From: Gaiellaceae bacterium
Lineage (GTDB): Bacteria > Actinomycetota > Thermoleophilia > Gaiellales > Gaiellaceae
Assembly (NCBI GenBank): GCA_036394855.1
Contig: DASWEF010000070.1
Span: 18,189-82,188, forward strand
Direction: 5' to 3'
DNA: 64,000 bases
Part shown: piece by piece, positions 54,646-63,338 of the stretch
How the letters are laid out: each line of letters opens with the position of its first letter
Position numbering within the stretch: position 1 is the stretch's first letter
Position numbers and translations under genes: made by a program
The notes under the pieces: model-generated
Database searches by the model: none
What the model was told of the DNA's origin: nothing
The model's input: only the letters and a program-made list of their open reading frames with translations

Positions 54646-55158
54646 TTAGATCGGTTCGCCTGGAAACCGCAGTCCGAACCGTTCGACCAGCCCGGGGATG
54701 CTTTCGGGGTCCATCTCGAGCTCGTAGCGCTGATTCAGCGTCATCAGGGTCTCGGGCTCGGCTTGCGCCACGCCGCCCAGGTCGACCAGCTCGGAGAAGA
54801 AGCGCTCGAGTCCGGCTGGGCAGATGATCTCGAGGATCCGTGCCGCCTCGTCTCCCGCGTTCCAGAACGTGTGCCACTGGTTGCGCGGCTTGAAGATCAG
54901 GTCGCCCGGCCCGCCGGTCACGACCTGCTCGCCGAGCAGCGCCCCGACGCGACCTTCGAGGACGTAGCTGTACTCGTCCTCGCGCGCGTGCCGGTGCAGC
55001 GGCGCCGCCAGGGCACGCGGGCTCATCTGGTGTTCGACCAGCGAGAAACCGCCGCCCGTCTCGCCGCCGTCGATCATGAACCGTACCCCGATGCTGCCCA
55101 GGAAGCCGAGGCGCCCTTCCGCCGGCCCCAACACCCGTGCCGTCGTCGTCGTCGCCAT
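54646..55158 (-). CDS. cupin domain protein (170 aa)
   Basis: GGAGGAGAAG SD. LHRHAREDEYSYVLEG ... NQWHTFWN cupin motifs. Confidence 0.75.
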   Translation of the reverse strand: MATTTTARVLGPAEGRLGFLGSIGVRFMIDGGETGGGFSLVEHQMSPRALAAPLHRHAREDEYSYVLEGRVGALLGEQVVTGGPGDLIFKPRNQWHTFWNAGDEAARILEIICPAGLERFFSELVDLGGVAQAEPETLMTLNQRYELEMDPESIPGLVERFGLRFPGEPI

Positions 55159-55177
55159 TGCTTCTCCTCCTTTTATC

Positions 55178-55191
55178 GGACACTAGTGTCC
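55178..55191. promoter_or_regulatory. probable TetR operator (perfect 14-bp palindrome)
   Basis: GGACACTAGTGTCC lies between the divergent cupin and TetR genes. A GGACACT half-site recurs at 55233-55239, next to the TetR start. Confidence 0.5.
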
Positions 55192-55240
55192 CGCGAATCT
55201 AGGCGACAGCGCCCGATCTGTCAAGATTGAGAGGACACTG

Positions 55241-55852
55241 ATGACTCGCGAACTATCGAAGCGCCCCTACCGGATGAAGAAGCGCGCGGAACTGCAGGAA
55301 CGCACGCGCCGGCGCATCACCGAGAGCGCCGTCGAGCTGCACGGCACGCTCGGGCCATCCCGCACCTCCATCAGCGCGGTGGCCGCACACGCAGGGGTCA
55401 GGCGCTCGACGCTCTACCGTCACTTCCCAGACGAGGCTGCGCTCTTCGCCGCCTGCACCGCGCATTGGCTGGACGCCAATCCCCAGCCCGACCTTACGCG
55501 CTGGGCGGCGATCAAAGACCCGGACGCGCGCCTGCGCGCCGGGTTAGCGGAGCTGTACGCCTACTACCAGCAGAGCGAGGGGATGCTCGCCAACGTCCTC
55601 CGCGACGAGGCGACGATGCCGACCGTTGCCCGGATGCTGGCCTTCTATCGCGACTACCTCGCGCGCGCCGGCGAGACACTGATGGCAGGCCGGCGCGAGC
55701 GCGGACGCGCTCGCCAGCGGGTCGGCGCGGCGATCGGGCATGCACTCGCGTTCACGACCTGGAGCTCGCTCGCTCGCGAGCAGCGGCTCGACGACGCCGA
55801 GGCGACTGAGCTGATGTGCGGGCTCGTAGACCTCGCGCGCCGCGCACGCTGA
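55241..55852 (+). CDS. TetR-family transcriptional regulator
   Basis: N-terminal HTH RRRITESAVELHGTLGPSRTSISAVAAHAGVRRSTLYRHF. Confidence 0.9.
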   Translation: MTRELSKRPYRMKKRAELQERTRRRITESAVELHGTLGPSRTSISAVAAHAGVRRSTLYRHFPDEAALFAACTAHWLDANPQPDLTRWAAIKDPDARLRAGLAELYAYYQQSEGMLANVLRDEATMPTVARMLAFYRDYLARAGETLMAGRRERGRARQRVGAAIGHALAFTTWSSLAREQRLDDAEATELMCGLVDLARRAR

Positions 55853-56046
55853 GAGGTCGCCACAACGATCGCAGCGAGGTCAGGAAACGTCGAGCGGCCC
55901 CGTCGCAACGAGCACGTGGTTTGCGCACCGACAAGTTCCGCCCACTCCGCTCGAAGTCCGCCCGCTCCCGCTCGTGCCCAAACCGAGCACGAGTACGCGG
56001 TTGCTCACCGGATCGACTCTCACGGCGGCGGCTCTACACTTCGGGC

Positions 56047-58095
56047 CTGAGCGCGAAGACGGTCGCCGCCGCGACGCTCCTCTCCGGAGCTCTTCTGCTC
56101 GTGTCCGGATGTGGCCGAGGTGCCGCGGGCGAGTGGAAGATCGCCTTCGCGGCAGCACGGGACGGCGACTGGGCGATCTACGTCGTCGATCCGAAGGGCG
56201 GAGACCCGGTGCGAGTCGCAGCGACCCCCGAACCGACATTCGGCGAGCCGCCCGTGCCGTCGCCCAACGGGCGGAAGCTAATCCTCGGAACCGGCTTCAA
56301 CCGACTCGTCTTCATGAACGCTGACGGCACCGGGCGAAAGCCGCTCGTGACGGGATATCCCGCGAGCGTCGCCTGGTCGCCCGACGGCAAGCGGATCGTC
56401 TTTCGGGGGCCGAGGCCCGGGCTGTCGATCATCGGCACAGACGGCAAGGACGGGGGTCGCCTCACGCGGAAATCAGCAGACGACGAGCCCGCCTGGTCAC
56501 CGGGCGGGAGGCGGGTTGCGTTTGCGCGGGCTGGAAGGGGGGTGATGCTCGTCGACCCGGATGGGAGCAATCTGCGGGTGCTGCGGCGCGTGCACGGCGA
56601 CGCAAGACAGCTCCACTGGTCGCGCGACGGGCACTCGCTGACGTTCCTGCATCGTCCTCACCCTGAGACGGCGTATCCGCGCAGCGACCTCGTCACGCTC
56701 TCGGTTCCCGCTGGGCGACTGTTGCGACGCGTGCCGGGCGTGGGCGTGGACTACTACGGTCGCATCGCATGGTCGCCCGAGGGCCGGCATCTCGCGTTCA
56801 CCGCGTATGGATCCAAGAGCTCGCGCGTTGTCATCATCGACTCGGACGGGAGCGGCCGTCGATTCATCTCTGGCGGCTGGGACCCTGTCTGGTCGCCGGA
56901 CGGGCGGACGCTCGTGTACGTCGCACAGGAGCGGCCTGGCGGCAGTCAGCTGCGTTCGATCCGCGCTGACGGAACCGGGATGCGCCGCCTGACGAGCAAT
57001 TATCCAAACGGCGTCGAGCCGCTCGCGCCGGGCTGGCTCCGCGGTCGCTTTGCGCCCACACCGTCGCCCTACCGCCTGGTCGTCTCGCGACGACCCGATG
57101 GCGCCGTACTCCGGACCCACTTCCCCGTCGCCTTGCTCGCCGCGTCCGGGCCACGGGTGGCACTCGTGTCGCCCGAGAGAGTATGGGCGCCATCCTGGAT
57201 CTTGACGCCGCCGCTGGTGCTCTGGGACGCGGAGCGCGGGCGAACCGCGCGCCTGGCGCTGCCGGGGTGCCACCAGCCGGAGAGCATCGCCGTCCTGGAC
57301 GGGCGCGTCGGGTTCGACTGTCCTTCCGGACACGCCGCGTCGTTCGGCCGATCGATTCGTGTCTTCCCGACCGCGGGAACGCGTCCCTTCGAGGTCGCCA
57401 GCGGCCTGGTGGGCGACGGCTTGCCGCCGGCGAGGCTGCCGGGCAGAGTGGCGGGCGGGTCGGACCTGCTCGCCTTCGCGAGCTACCGCGAGGATGGCGG
57501 AAACTTGCCGCCTGAGCCGCAGCTTTGGACGCAGGACCGAGGTGGCAAGACACTGGTCGCTCGCGGGCTGGATGCGGGTGAGCCCGCCGCAGTCGACCGC
57601 GGGAGGATCGCCGTGGAGCGGAAGGATGGGCAGATCGCGCTCCTGCGCCGCGACGGCCGCGTGCTCGGCCGCATCGTTCCCGGCGGGCCCCCGCCGAACT
57701 TCCGGTTCTTCGACCTCGACCGCCCGACAGTCGGCCTCTCGGGACGAAACCTCGTCGTCCTGCGGACCGGACGCCTCACCGTGTACGACACGGCCTCGTT
57801 CCGCCTTCGCCGCTCCCTGCGCGTGGACCGCCGCGCCAAGCTCGCCGGCGTCTCCGACGGGCTCGTCGCCTACGTCGTCGGAGCCGATGCCCACGTCCTT
57901 CGTCTTCGCGACGGGCGCAGCGCGACCATCGAAACGACAAGCCGAGGCGCCGTCGAGGCGTCGATCACGAGCGCCGGCCTCTTCTACGTGCTCCACACGC
58001 GACCCCTGCCGAGAGTCCAGCTCGCACCCTTCCGTCCGAATCCGGCAACCGTCGTGTTCGTTCGCCGCGACGCAATCCTTCTGCGGCTCCGATAG
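56047..58095 (+). CDS. lipoprotein with TolB/PD40-type beta-propeller repeats (about 680 aa)
   Basis: Lipobox LLLVSGC. Repeated AWSPDG/WSPGG/WSRDG/WSPEG/WSPDG blades. Only a CTG (56047) lies near the signal peptide, so the start is uncertain. The ORF-track ATG 55816 overlaps the TetR gene. Confidence 0.65.
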   Translation: MSAKTVAAATLLSGALLLVSGCGRGAAGEWKIAFAAARDGDWAIYVVDPKGGDPVRVAATPEPTFGEPPVPSPNGRKLILGTGFNRLVFMNADGTGRKPLVTGYPASVAWSPDGKRIVFRGPRPGLSIIGTDGKDGGRLTRKSADDEPAWSPGGRRVAFARAGRGVMLVDPDGSNLRVLRRVHGDARQLHWSRDGHSLTFLHRPHPETAYPRSDLVTLSVPAGRLLRRVPGVGVDYYGRIAWSPEGRHLAFTAYGSKSSRVVIIDSDGSGRRFISGGWDPVWSPDGRTLVYVAQERPGGSQLRSIRADGTGMRRLTSNYPNGVEPLAPGWLRGRFAPTPSPYRLVVSRRPDGAVLRTHFPVALLAASGPRVALVSPERVWAPSWILTPPLVLWDAERGRTARLALPGCHQPESIAVLDGRVGFDCPSGHAASFGRSIRVFPTAGTRPFEVASGLVGDGLPPARLPGRVAGGSDLLAFASYREDGGNLPPEPQLWTQDRGGKTLVARGLDAGEPAAVDRGRIAVERKDGQIALLRRDGRVLGRIVPGGPPPNFRFFDLDRPTVGLSGRNLVVLRTGRLTVYDTASFRLRRSLRVDRRAKLAGVSDGLVAYVVGADAHVLRLRDGRSATIETTSRGAVEASITSAGLFYVLHTRPLPRVQLAPFRPNPATVVFVRRDAILLRLR

Positions 58096-58099
58096 CTGA

Positions 58100-58426
58100 T
58101 CGTTTCTCGAGGGCTTCTTTCCCGGCGCCGGCCTCTCCGCCGTCTCGGCCGTCCGTCATCTACAGGCGCCGCTGCTGGTCATGCTCGGTCGCGCGGACCG
58201 CTACATCTCCGTGCCCGATGCGCGCCGCCTTTACCGCGCAGCCCGCGTGAGCGAGAAGCGGTTGTACGTCTTCCCGGGCTCCTATCACGGGTGGGACCTG
58301 CTCTACGCCGCGCCGTACAAGGAACGCGCCGGGCGAATCCTGATCGAATTCCTGCGCGCCCACTCATGGCGCGCCGTGAGGTCAAGACGCCTGTTCTGGA
58401 AGATCGCGCAGCCGTGGCAGCGGTGA
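58100..58426 (+). pseudogene. orphan C-terminal fragment of an alpha/beta hydrolase
   Basis: LQAPLLVMLGRADRYISVPDARRLY...LYVFPGSYHGWDLL covers the Asp/His end of the fold. There is no nucleophile-elbow region. The reading frame opens 2 nt after the beta-propeller gene stop. Confidence 0.5.
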
Positions 58427-59602
58427 AGGGAGGAGGAAGAGGCCGCCGAGGATGGCGCCGGCAGTTGCGATCCAGAGGGTTTCTCTGAGTCCGAGTGCGG
58501 AGCCGAGCAGGCCTCCGAGCAGACCGCCGAGAGGGCGGACGCCGTAATTGACGACCATGAAGGCGCCGGAGAAGCGGGCGCGGAGCCGGTCGGGGACGGT
58601 GGCCTGAAAGAGGGCGCCCGCGAGGATGTCGATCAGCATGACGCCGAAGCCGGACCCGAACTCGGCGAGGAAGAGCATCGCGAGAACGAGTGGCTTGGGC
58701 CCGCCCGCAGCCGGCACGAGCAGGAGCGGCGCCGGGAAGAGAAACGTGCCGGCGACTAACGCCGGGCCGATGCCGAGCTTGCGACTTAGAGGACCGGTCG
58801 CGAACGAGCCGATCAGGCCGCCGACCGCCCCGGCGCCGAGGACGAGCCCGAGCGTGCCCGGACGCACATGGAGCGACCGGGTCGCGTAGAGCAGGAACAG
58901 CGCGAAGAAGGCGAAGTTGAAGAGGTTGATGGTCGCCGTCGCGGCGAGCGAGTAGCGCAGCAAGTCGCTGCGCCAGATGAAGCGAGCGCCCGCGACGAGG
59001 TGGCCCTTCTCGGCTTGCTCGGTCGGCGGCTCGACAGCCCTGATGCGGCGGAGGAAAAGCGCCGAAGCGACGAACGAGACGGCGTCTACCAGGAGCGCAG
59101 CCGGTCCCGAGAAGAGCTGGACGAGCAGGCCGCCGACGCTGGGCCCTCCGACGAAGGAGAGCGCGCGGCTGCCGTTGGTCAGCTGATTGGCTTCGACATA
59201 GCGCTCACGCGGAACGAGCGCGGTGAAGAGGGTGGAATAGGAGACGGCGAAGAACACGCTGAGCGTTCCGGTCAGGAACGCGATCGCATACAGCTGCTCG
59301 ATCGTGAGGACGTCCAGCGCGTAGGCCAGGGGGATGGACGCGAGCGCGGCGGCCCGCCCGAGGTCGGCGGCGATCATCGTCTGGCGCCGGCGACCACGCC
59401 GGTCGACCCAGGCGCCGAAGTGAAGCGCGAAGAGCAGGTTCGGGGCGAGCGCGGCCGCGGTCAGGTATCCCATCTGCGCCGCGTGTGCGTGGAGCGCGAG
59501 CACAGCGATGAGCGGGAACGCGATCAGCGAGACCTGGTCGCCGAAAAGCGAGATCGTCTCCCCGGCCCAGAAGCGGCGGAACGCCGCGTTGTCGCGCAAC
59601 AA
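58382..59602 (-). CDS. MFS transporter (406 aa)
   Basis: About 12 hydrophobic segments, with GAWVDRRGRRR in loop 2-3. TTG start. Confidence 0.85.
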   Translation of the reverse strand: MLRDNAAFRRFWAGETISLFGDQVSLIAFPLIAVLALHAHAAQMGYLTAAALAPNLLFALHFGAWVDRRGRRRQTMIAADLGRAAALASIPLAYALDVLTIEQLYAIAFLTGTLSVFFAVSYSTLFTALVPRERYVEANQLTNGSRALSFVGGPSVGGLLVQLFSGPAALLVDAVSFVASALFLRRIRAVEPPTEQAEKGHLVAGARFIWRSDLLRYSLAATATINLFNFAFFALFLLYATRSLHVRPGTLGLVLGAGAVGGLIGSFATGPLSRKLGIGPALVAGTFLFPAPLLLVPAAGGPKPLVLAMLFLAEFGSGFGVMLIDILAGALFQATVPDRLRARFSGAFMVVNYGVRPLGGLLGGLLGSALGLRETLWIATAGAILGGLFLLPSPLPRLRDLPEQAS

Positions 59603-59672
59603 CGCCGGAATGAGGGAACGACGGGTTCCACCGCGAATTTTTGGGAGTAAAGTCAGAGGGCTAGCCCAACCC

Positions 59673-62600
59673 GTGGGGGGTCTCTTGGCGACTCAGGACG
59701 TCCGAGTTCTAGACGATGAACGGCTCTACGCCGAGGAGATCGAGCGCCTCCGGCTGCTCCTGGAGGCGTCCTCGACGCTGCTCGGCTCGCTCAGCGTCGA
59801 GCCGATGCTCGCAGACGTGCTCGATCTCGCCCGCCGGACCCTCACCGCCGACGCCTACGCACTCTGGCGGCACGACGAGACGCTCGGTACCTGGGAGATC
59901 GCCGTCCACTCCGGTCTTCCCGAGGACTACATCCGCGATGCAACTGCCGCGATCCGAGGCAGCGCGACGGACGTCGCTCTCGACGAGCCGCTCGTGGTCG
60001 AGGACATCGCCGCCGCCGACTGGCTGAACGCCGAACACCGGCGGGCCCATGCCGAAGCCGGCACGAGGTCGATGCTCGTGGTGGGACTTCGGCACGGCGG
60101 GCGCGTTCTCGGCACCCTCGCCTTCTACTACCGCGAATCGCGCCGCTTCGCCGAGGCGGAGAGGAGCGCGGTCTCGCTGCTCGGGAACCTCGCCGCCGCG
60201 GCGATCGGAACCGCGAAGCTGTACGAGACGCAGCGACGGGCCGCGGAGGACCAGCGGTTCGTGGCAGAGGCGAGCGCGCAGCTCGCCTCATCGCTCGAAT
60301 ACGAGACAACGCTGGCGAACGTCGCGGCGCTTGCGGTTCCCCGCTTCGCCGACTGGTGCTCGATCGACATCGTCCAGGACGACGGCTCGCTCGGCCGGCT
60401 CACCGTGGCACATGCCGATCCCGCGAAGGTGCGCCTGGCGAACGAGCTCGCCGAGAAGTATCCGCCCGATCCCGACGCGGCCTACGGCGTTCCGAACGTG
60501 ATCCGGACGCGACGCGCCGAGCTCTTCTCCGAGATCCCCGACGCCCTGCTGCAGGAGGCGACGGCCGATACGCCCGAGCTGCTGAAGATCCTGCGCGAGC
60601 TGGGCTTGAAGTCGTCCATGTGCGTGCCGCTCGTGGCGCGCGACCGGGCCCTCGGCGCAATCACCTTCGTCGCGGCCGAGAGCGGACGCAGGTACGACGA
60701 GGCGAACCTCGCCACCGCACAGGACCTCGCGCGGCGTGCCGCGACCGCAGTCGACAACGCGCTCCTCTATCGCGAGGCGGAAGCCTCACGGCGCCAGGCG
60801 CAGGAGTCACTCGCGGTCGTCGACGCCGTCTTCGCCGCGGCCCCGGTCGGCCTCGCCTTCATGGACACGAGCTTCCACTACGTCCGTGTGAACGACGCGC
60901 TCGCACGAATCAACGGCCTGCCTGCCGAGGAGCACTTCGGACGGTCTCTCCGCGAGGTGCTGGGCGAGGAGCTGGCCGCGGAGATCGAGCCTTTCCATCG
61001 CCGAGTCCTCGTGACCGGACAGCCGGTTCTGGACCTGCCCGTACAGGGGAAGACGGCGGCCCTGCCCGGTGAGGCTCGCAACTGGCTCGTGAGCTACTAC
61101 CCCGTCCGCGACGTCTCCGACGCGACGATCGGGGTGGGTGTCGTCCTCACCGACGTCACGGACCGTGAGCAGGCACGCGCAGCCGCGGAGGCTGCCGGAG
61201 AACGGCTTCGCGTGCTGGCCGAGGCCAGCCAGCAGCTTGCGTCGACACTGGACTACGAGACGACGGTCGCCAACCTTGCGAACCTCCTCGTGCCCCGGTT
61301 CGCGGACTGGTACGCGGTCGACATCCTCGGCGACACCGGGCGCTTCAGGCGTCTGACCGTCGTGCACAAGGATCCCGAGAAGCTGGAATGGGCCGAGAAG
61401 TCCCGGCGCCTCTATCCCGGCGATCTCGACGAGCCCGAGGGGCCCGGCCGGGCCGTCCGGACGGGCGAGGCCGTGCTCTACCGAACGATCCCGGACGAGC
61501 TCCTGACGTCCTCGACGAAGAACCCGGAGCACCACGAGATCCTGATGCAGCTCGGGATGGAATCGGCGATGGTGGTGCCTCTCACCGCCGCCGGCCGGAC
61601 CTTCGGGTCGCTGCAGCTCGTCTCGGCGGATCCCGACCGTCTGTACGACGAGGACGATCTGGAGTTCGCGAAGCATCTGGGGCGCGGTGCCGCGGTCGCC
61701 GTCGACAACGCACGGCTCTACCGGAGGGCGGAGCGTCGCGCCCATGCAGCTCTGGTCGTCGAGCACGTCGCCGACGGCGTCGTCCTCGTCAACAGGTCCG
61801 GCGTGATCAGGCTCTGGAACCCTGCGGCCGCCGAGATCACGGGCCTTGCGGCCGACGAGGCGGTGGGACGTCCGGCCAGCGAGGTCTTCGGCGCCTGGGA
61901 GACGATCGAGGCGCTGTCCGAGAGCAAGCAGCTGCGCGCGGCGACGCAGGCAGTCGACGTCAATGGACGCGAGCTCTGGCTCTCGATCACCGGCGTCGGC
62001 TTCGAGGGCGGAAGCGTCTACGCCTTCCGCGACCTGACCGAGGAGCGCGCCGTCGAGGCACTCAAGTCGGACTTCGTCTCGACCATCTCCCACGAGCTGC
62101 GCACGCCTCTTGCCGCGATCTACGGGGCCGCGCTCACGCTTCGGCGTGACGACGTCCTCTTGCCCGAGCCGCAGCGCACCGGACTGCTCGAGGTGATCGC
62201 GAGCGAGTCGGACCGCCTCGCGCGCATCGTGAACGACGTCCTATGGGTGAGCCGCCTCGAGGCGGAGGGACTCCAGCCCAAGATCGAGGACTGCGACGCC
62301 GTCGAGCTCGTGCGCGGAGTGGTGGAAGCGGCACGGCATTACGTCCCGCCGAGCATCAAGCTGGATTTCTCCTCCCCGAAGCACACGCCGAAGGTCCGTG
62401 CCGACCCCGACAAGATGCGCCAGGTGCTCACGAATCTCGTCGACAACGCGGTCAAGTATTCGCCCGACGGCGGCCGCGTCAGGGTCGAGATCAACGTCGC
62501 CGGGCCCCGCCTCCGGTTTTCCGTCCACGACGAAGGGCTCGGCGTTCCGCCCGCCGAGCACCGCCGAATCTTCGAGAAGTTCTACCGGCTCGATCCCGAC

Positions 62601-62750
62601 CTGACCCGAGGGGTCGGCGGCACCGGGCTCGGCCTCTACATCAGTCGTGAGCTGCTCGAGCGAATGGGCGGCAGAATCTGGGTCGAGTCCAGCGGCACCG
62701 GCGGGTCGACGTTCGTGGCAGAACTTCCAATCTCGGACGAGTCGGGCTAG
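59673..62750 (+). CDS. multi-domain cytoplasmic sensor histidine kinase (GAF-GAF-PAS-GAF-PAS-HisKA-ATPase, about 1025 aa)
   Basis: GTG 59673 (or TTG 59685). Duplicated LASSLEYETTLANVAALAVPRFADWCSIDI / LASTLDYETTVANLANLLVPRFADWYAVDI modules. H-box ISHELRTPLAAI. GTGLGLYISRE. Confidence 0.85.
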   Translation: MGGLLATQDVRVLDDERLYAEEIERLRLLLEASSTLLGSLSVEPMLADVLDLARRTLTADAYALWRHDETLGTWEIAVHSGLPEDYIRDATAAIRGSATDVALDEPLVVEDIAAADWLNAEHRRAHAEAGTRSMLVVGLRHGGRVLGTLAFYYRESRRFAEAERSAVSLLGNLAAAAIGTAKLYETQRRAAEDQRFVAEASAQLASSLEYETTLANVAALAVPRFADWCSIDIVQDDGSLGRLTVAHADPAKVRLANELAEKYPPDPDAAYGVPNVIRTRRAELFSEIPDALLQEATADTPELLKILRELGLKSSMCVPLVARDRALGAITFVAAESGRRYDEANLATAQDLARRAATAVDNALLYREAEASRRQAQESLAVVDAVFAAAPVGLAFMDTSFHYVRVNDALARINGLPAEEHFGRSLREVLGEELAAEIEPFHRRVLVTGQPVLDLPVQGKTAALPGEARNWLVSYYPVRDVSDATIGVGVVLTDVTDREQARAAAEAAGERLRVLAEASQQLASTLDYETTVANLANLLVPRFADWYAVDILGDTGRFRRLTVVHKDPEKLEWAEKSRRLYPGDLDEPEGPGRAVRTGEAVLYRTIPDELLTSSTKNPEHHEILMQLGMESAMVVPLTAAGRTFGSLQLVSADPDRLYDEDDLEFAKHLGRGAAVAVDNARLYRRAERRAHAALVVEHVADGVVLVNRSGVIRLWNPAAAEITGLAADEAVGRPASEVFGAWETIEALSESKQLRAATQAVDVNGRELWLSITGVGFEGGSVYAFRDLTEERAVEALKSDFVSTISHELRTPLAAIYGAALTLRRDDVLLPEPQRTGLLEVIASESDRLARIVNDVLWVSRLEAEGLQPKIEDCDAVELVRGVVEAARHYVPPSIKLDFSSPKHTPKVRADPDKMRQVLTNLVDNAVKYSPDGGRVRVEINVAGPRLRFSVHDEGLGVPPAEHRRIFEKFYRLDPDLTRGVGGTGLGLYISRELLERMGGRIWVESSGTGGSTFVAELPISDESG

Positions 62751-62782
62751 TAAACGATGGGCCGCCGTGAAAGAGTTGCGGT

Positions 62783-62965
62783 GTGACCGTCGGCTCTGTC
62801 CTCTGGGCTGAAACTCCCGACGACGGGGACGAGAACGACGACGCTCAGGCCCACGGCGCCGTCGACGAGACGTTCGCGGCGCGAAGGCTCCGCCGTTGGA
62901 TCAAGGGCATGTTCGGCGGCAAGCCCGCGCCCAAAGACGAACCCGAGCGCGAGCCCGGGGAATAG
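62783..62965 (+). CDS. small acidic hypothetical protein (60 aa)
   Basis: High GC3 only. No SD and no family. Confidence 0.25.
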   Translation: MTVGSVLWAETPDDGDENDDAQAHGAVDETFAARRLRRWIKGMFGGKPAPKDEPEREPGE

Positions 62966-63013
62966 AGCCGGATGTGGCGAGACGGCCCGCAGGCCGTCTC
63001 GCCAGAAGTCTGC

Positions 63014-63244
63014 TTAGTACGTCGGCGGTGGTCCTTCGTCGACGTACGTCCTGCGCCGGCGCGACCAGTAGCCGGGGCCCGCCCACGACTGCCAGAAGAT
63101 CATCGACAGCAGCACGCTCAGCAGTCCCACGATCATCAGGATCCAGCCGACGGTATTGATGTCGACCGCACTCGACGTACCGTTGACGGCGAATGTGAGG
63201 ATTGCGCCAACCGCGATCAGGAAGATTCCAACTCCGAGTCCCAT
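63014..63244 (-). CDS. small two-TM membrane protein (76 aa), DUF6458-like
   Basis: AAGGAGG SD. MGLGVGIFLIAVGAILTFAV...VGWILMIVGLLSVLLSMIF. Confidence 0.6.
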   Translation of the reverse strand: MGLGVGIFLIAVGAILTFAVNGTSSAVDINTVGWILMIVGLLSVLLSMIFWQSWAGPGYWSRRRRTYVDEGPPPTY

Positions 63245-63338
63245 TCAACCTCCTTGGATGTGAGGCTCGGATTCCCCGCTTGCGCGCGGCGGAAACCGCC
63301 GCACCCCGAGGCCCGCGTGAAGTAGGCTCGGCGCGTCC

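Noticed and set aside
54604-59650. Genomic island integrated at tRNA-Lys (cupin, TetR, decayed peptidase, MFS).
   Set aside because: No integrase, no direct repeat of the tRNA 3' end and no obvious composition shift. Only the short CTACACTTCG recurrence at 56033 is seen, which could be chance.
62768-62800. Possible fourth copy of the palindromic element tail (GTGAAAGAG..GTGTGACCGTCGGC).
   Set aside because: It lacks the CAGGGTCTGACCCTG core and needs a 5-nt indel to align. This is compatible with chance.
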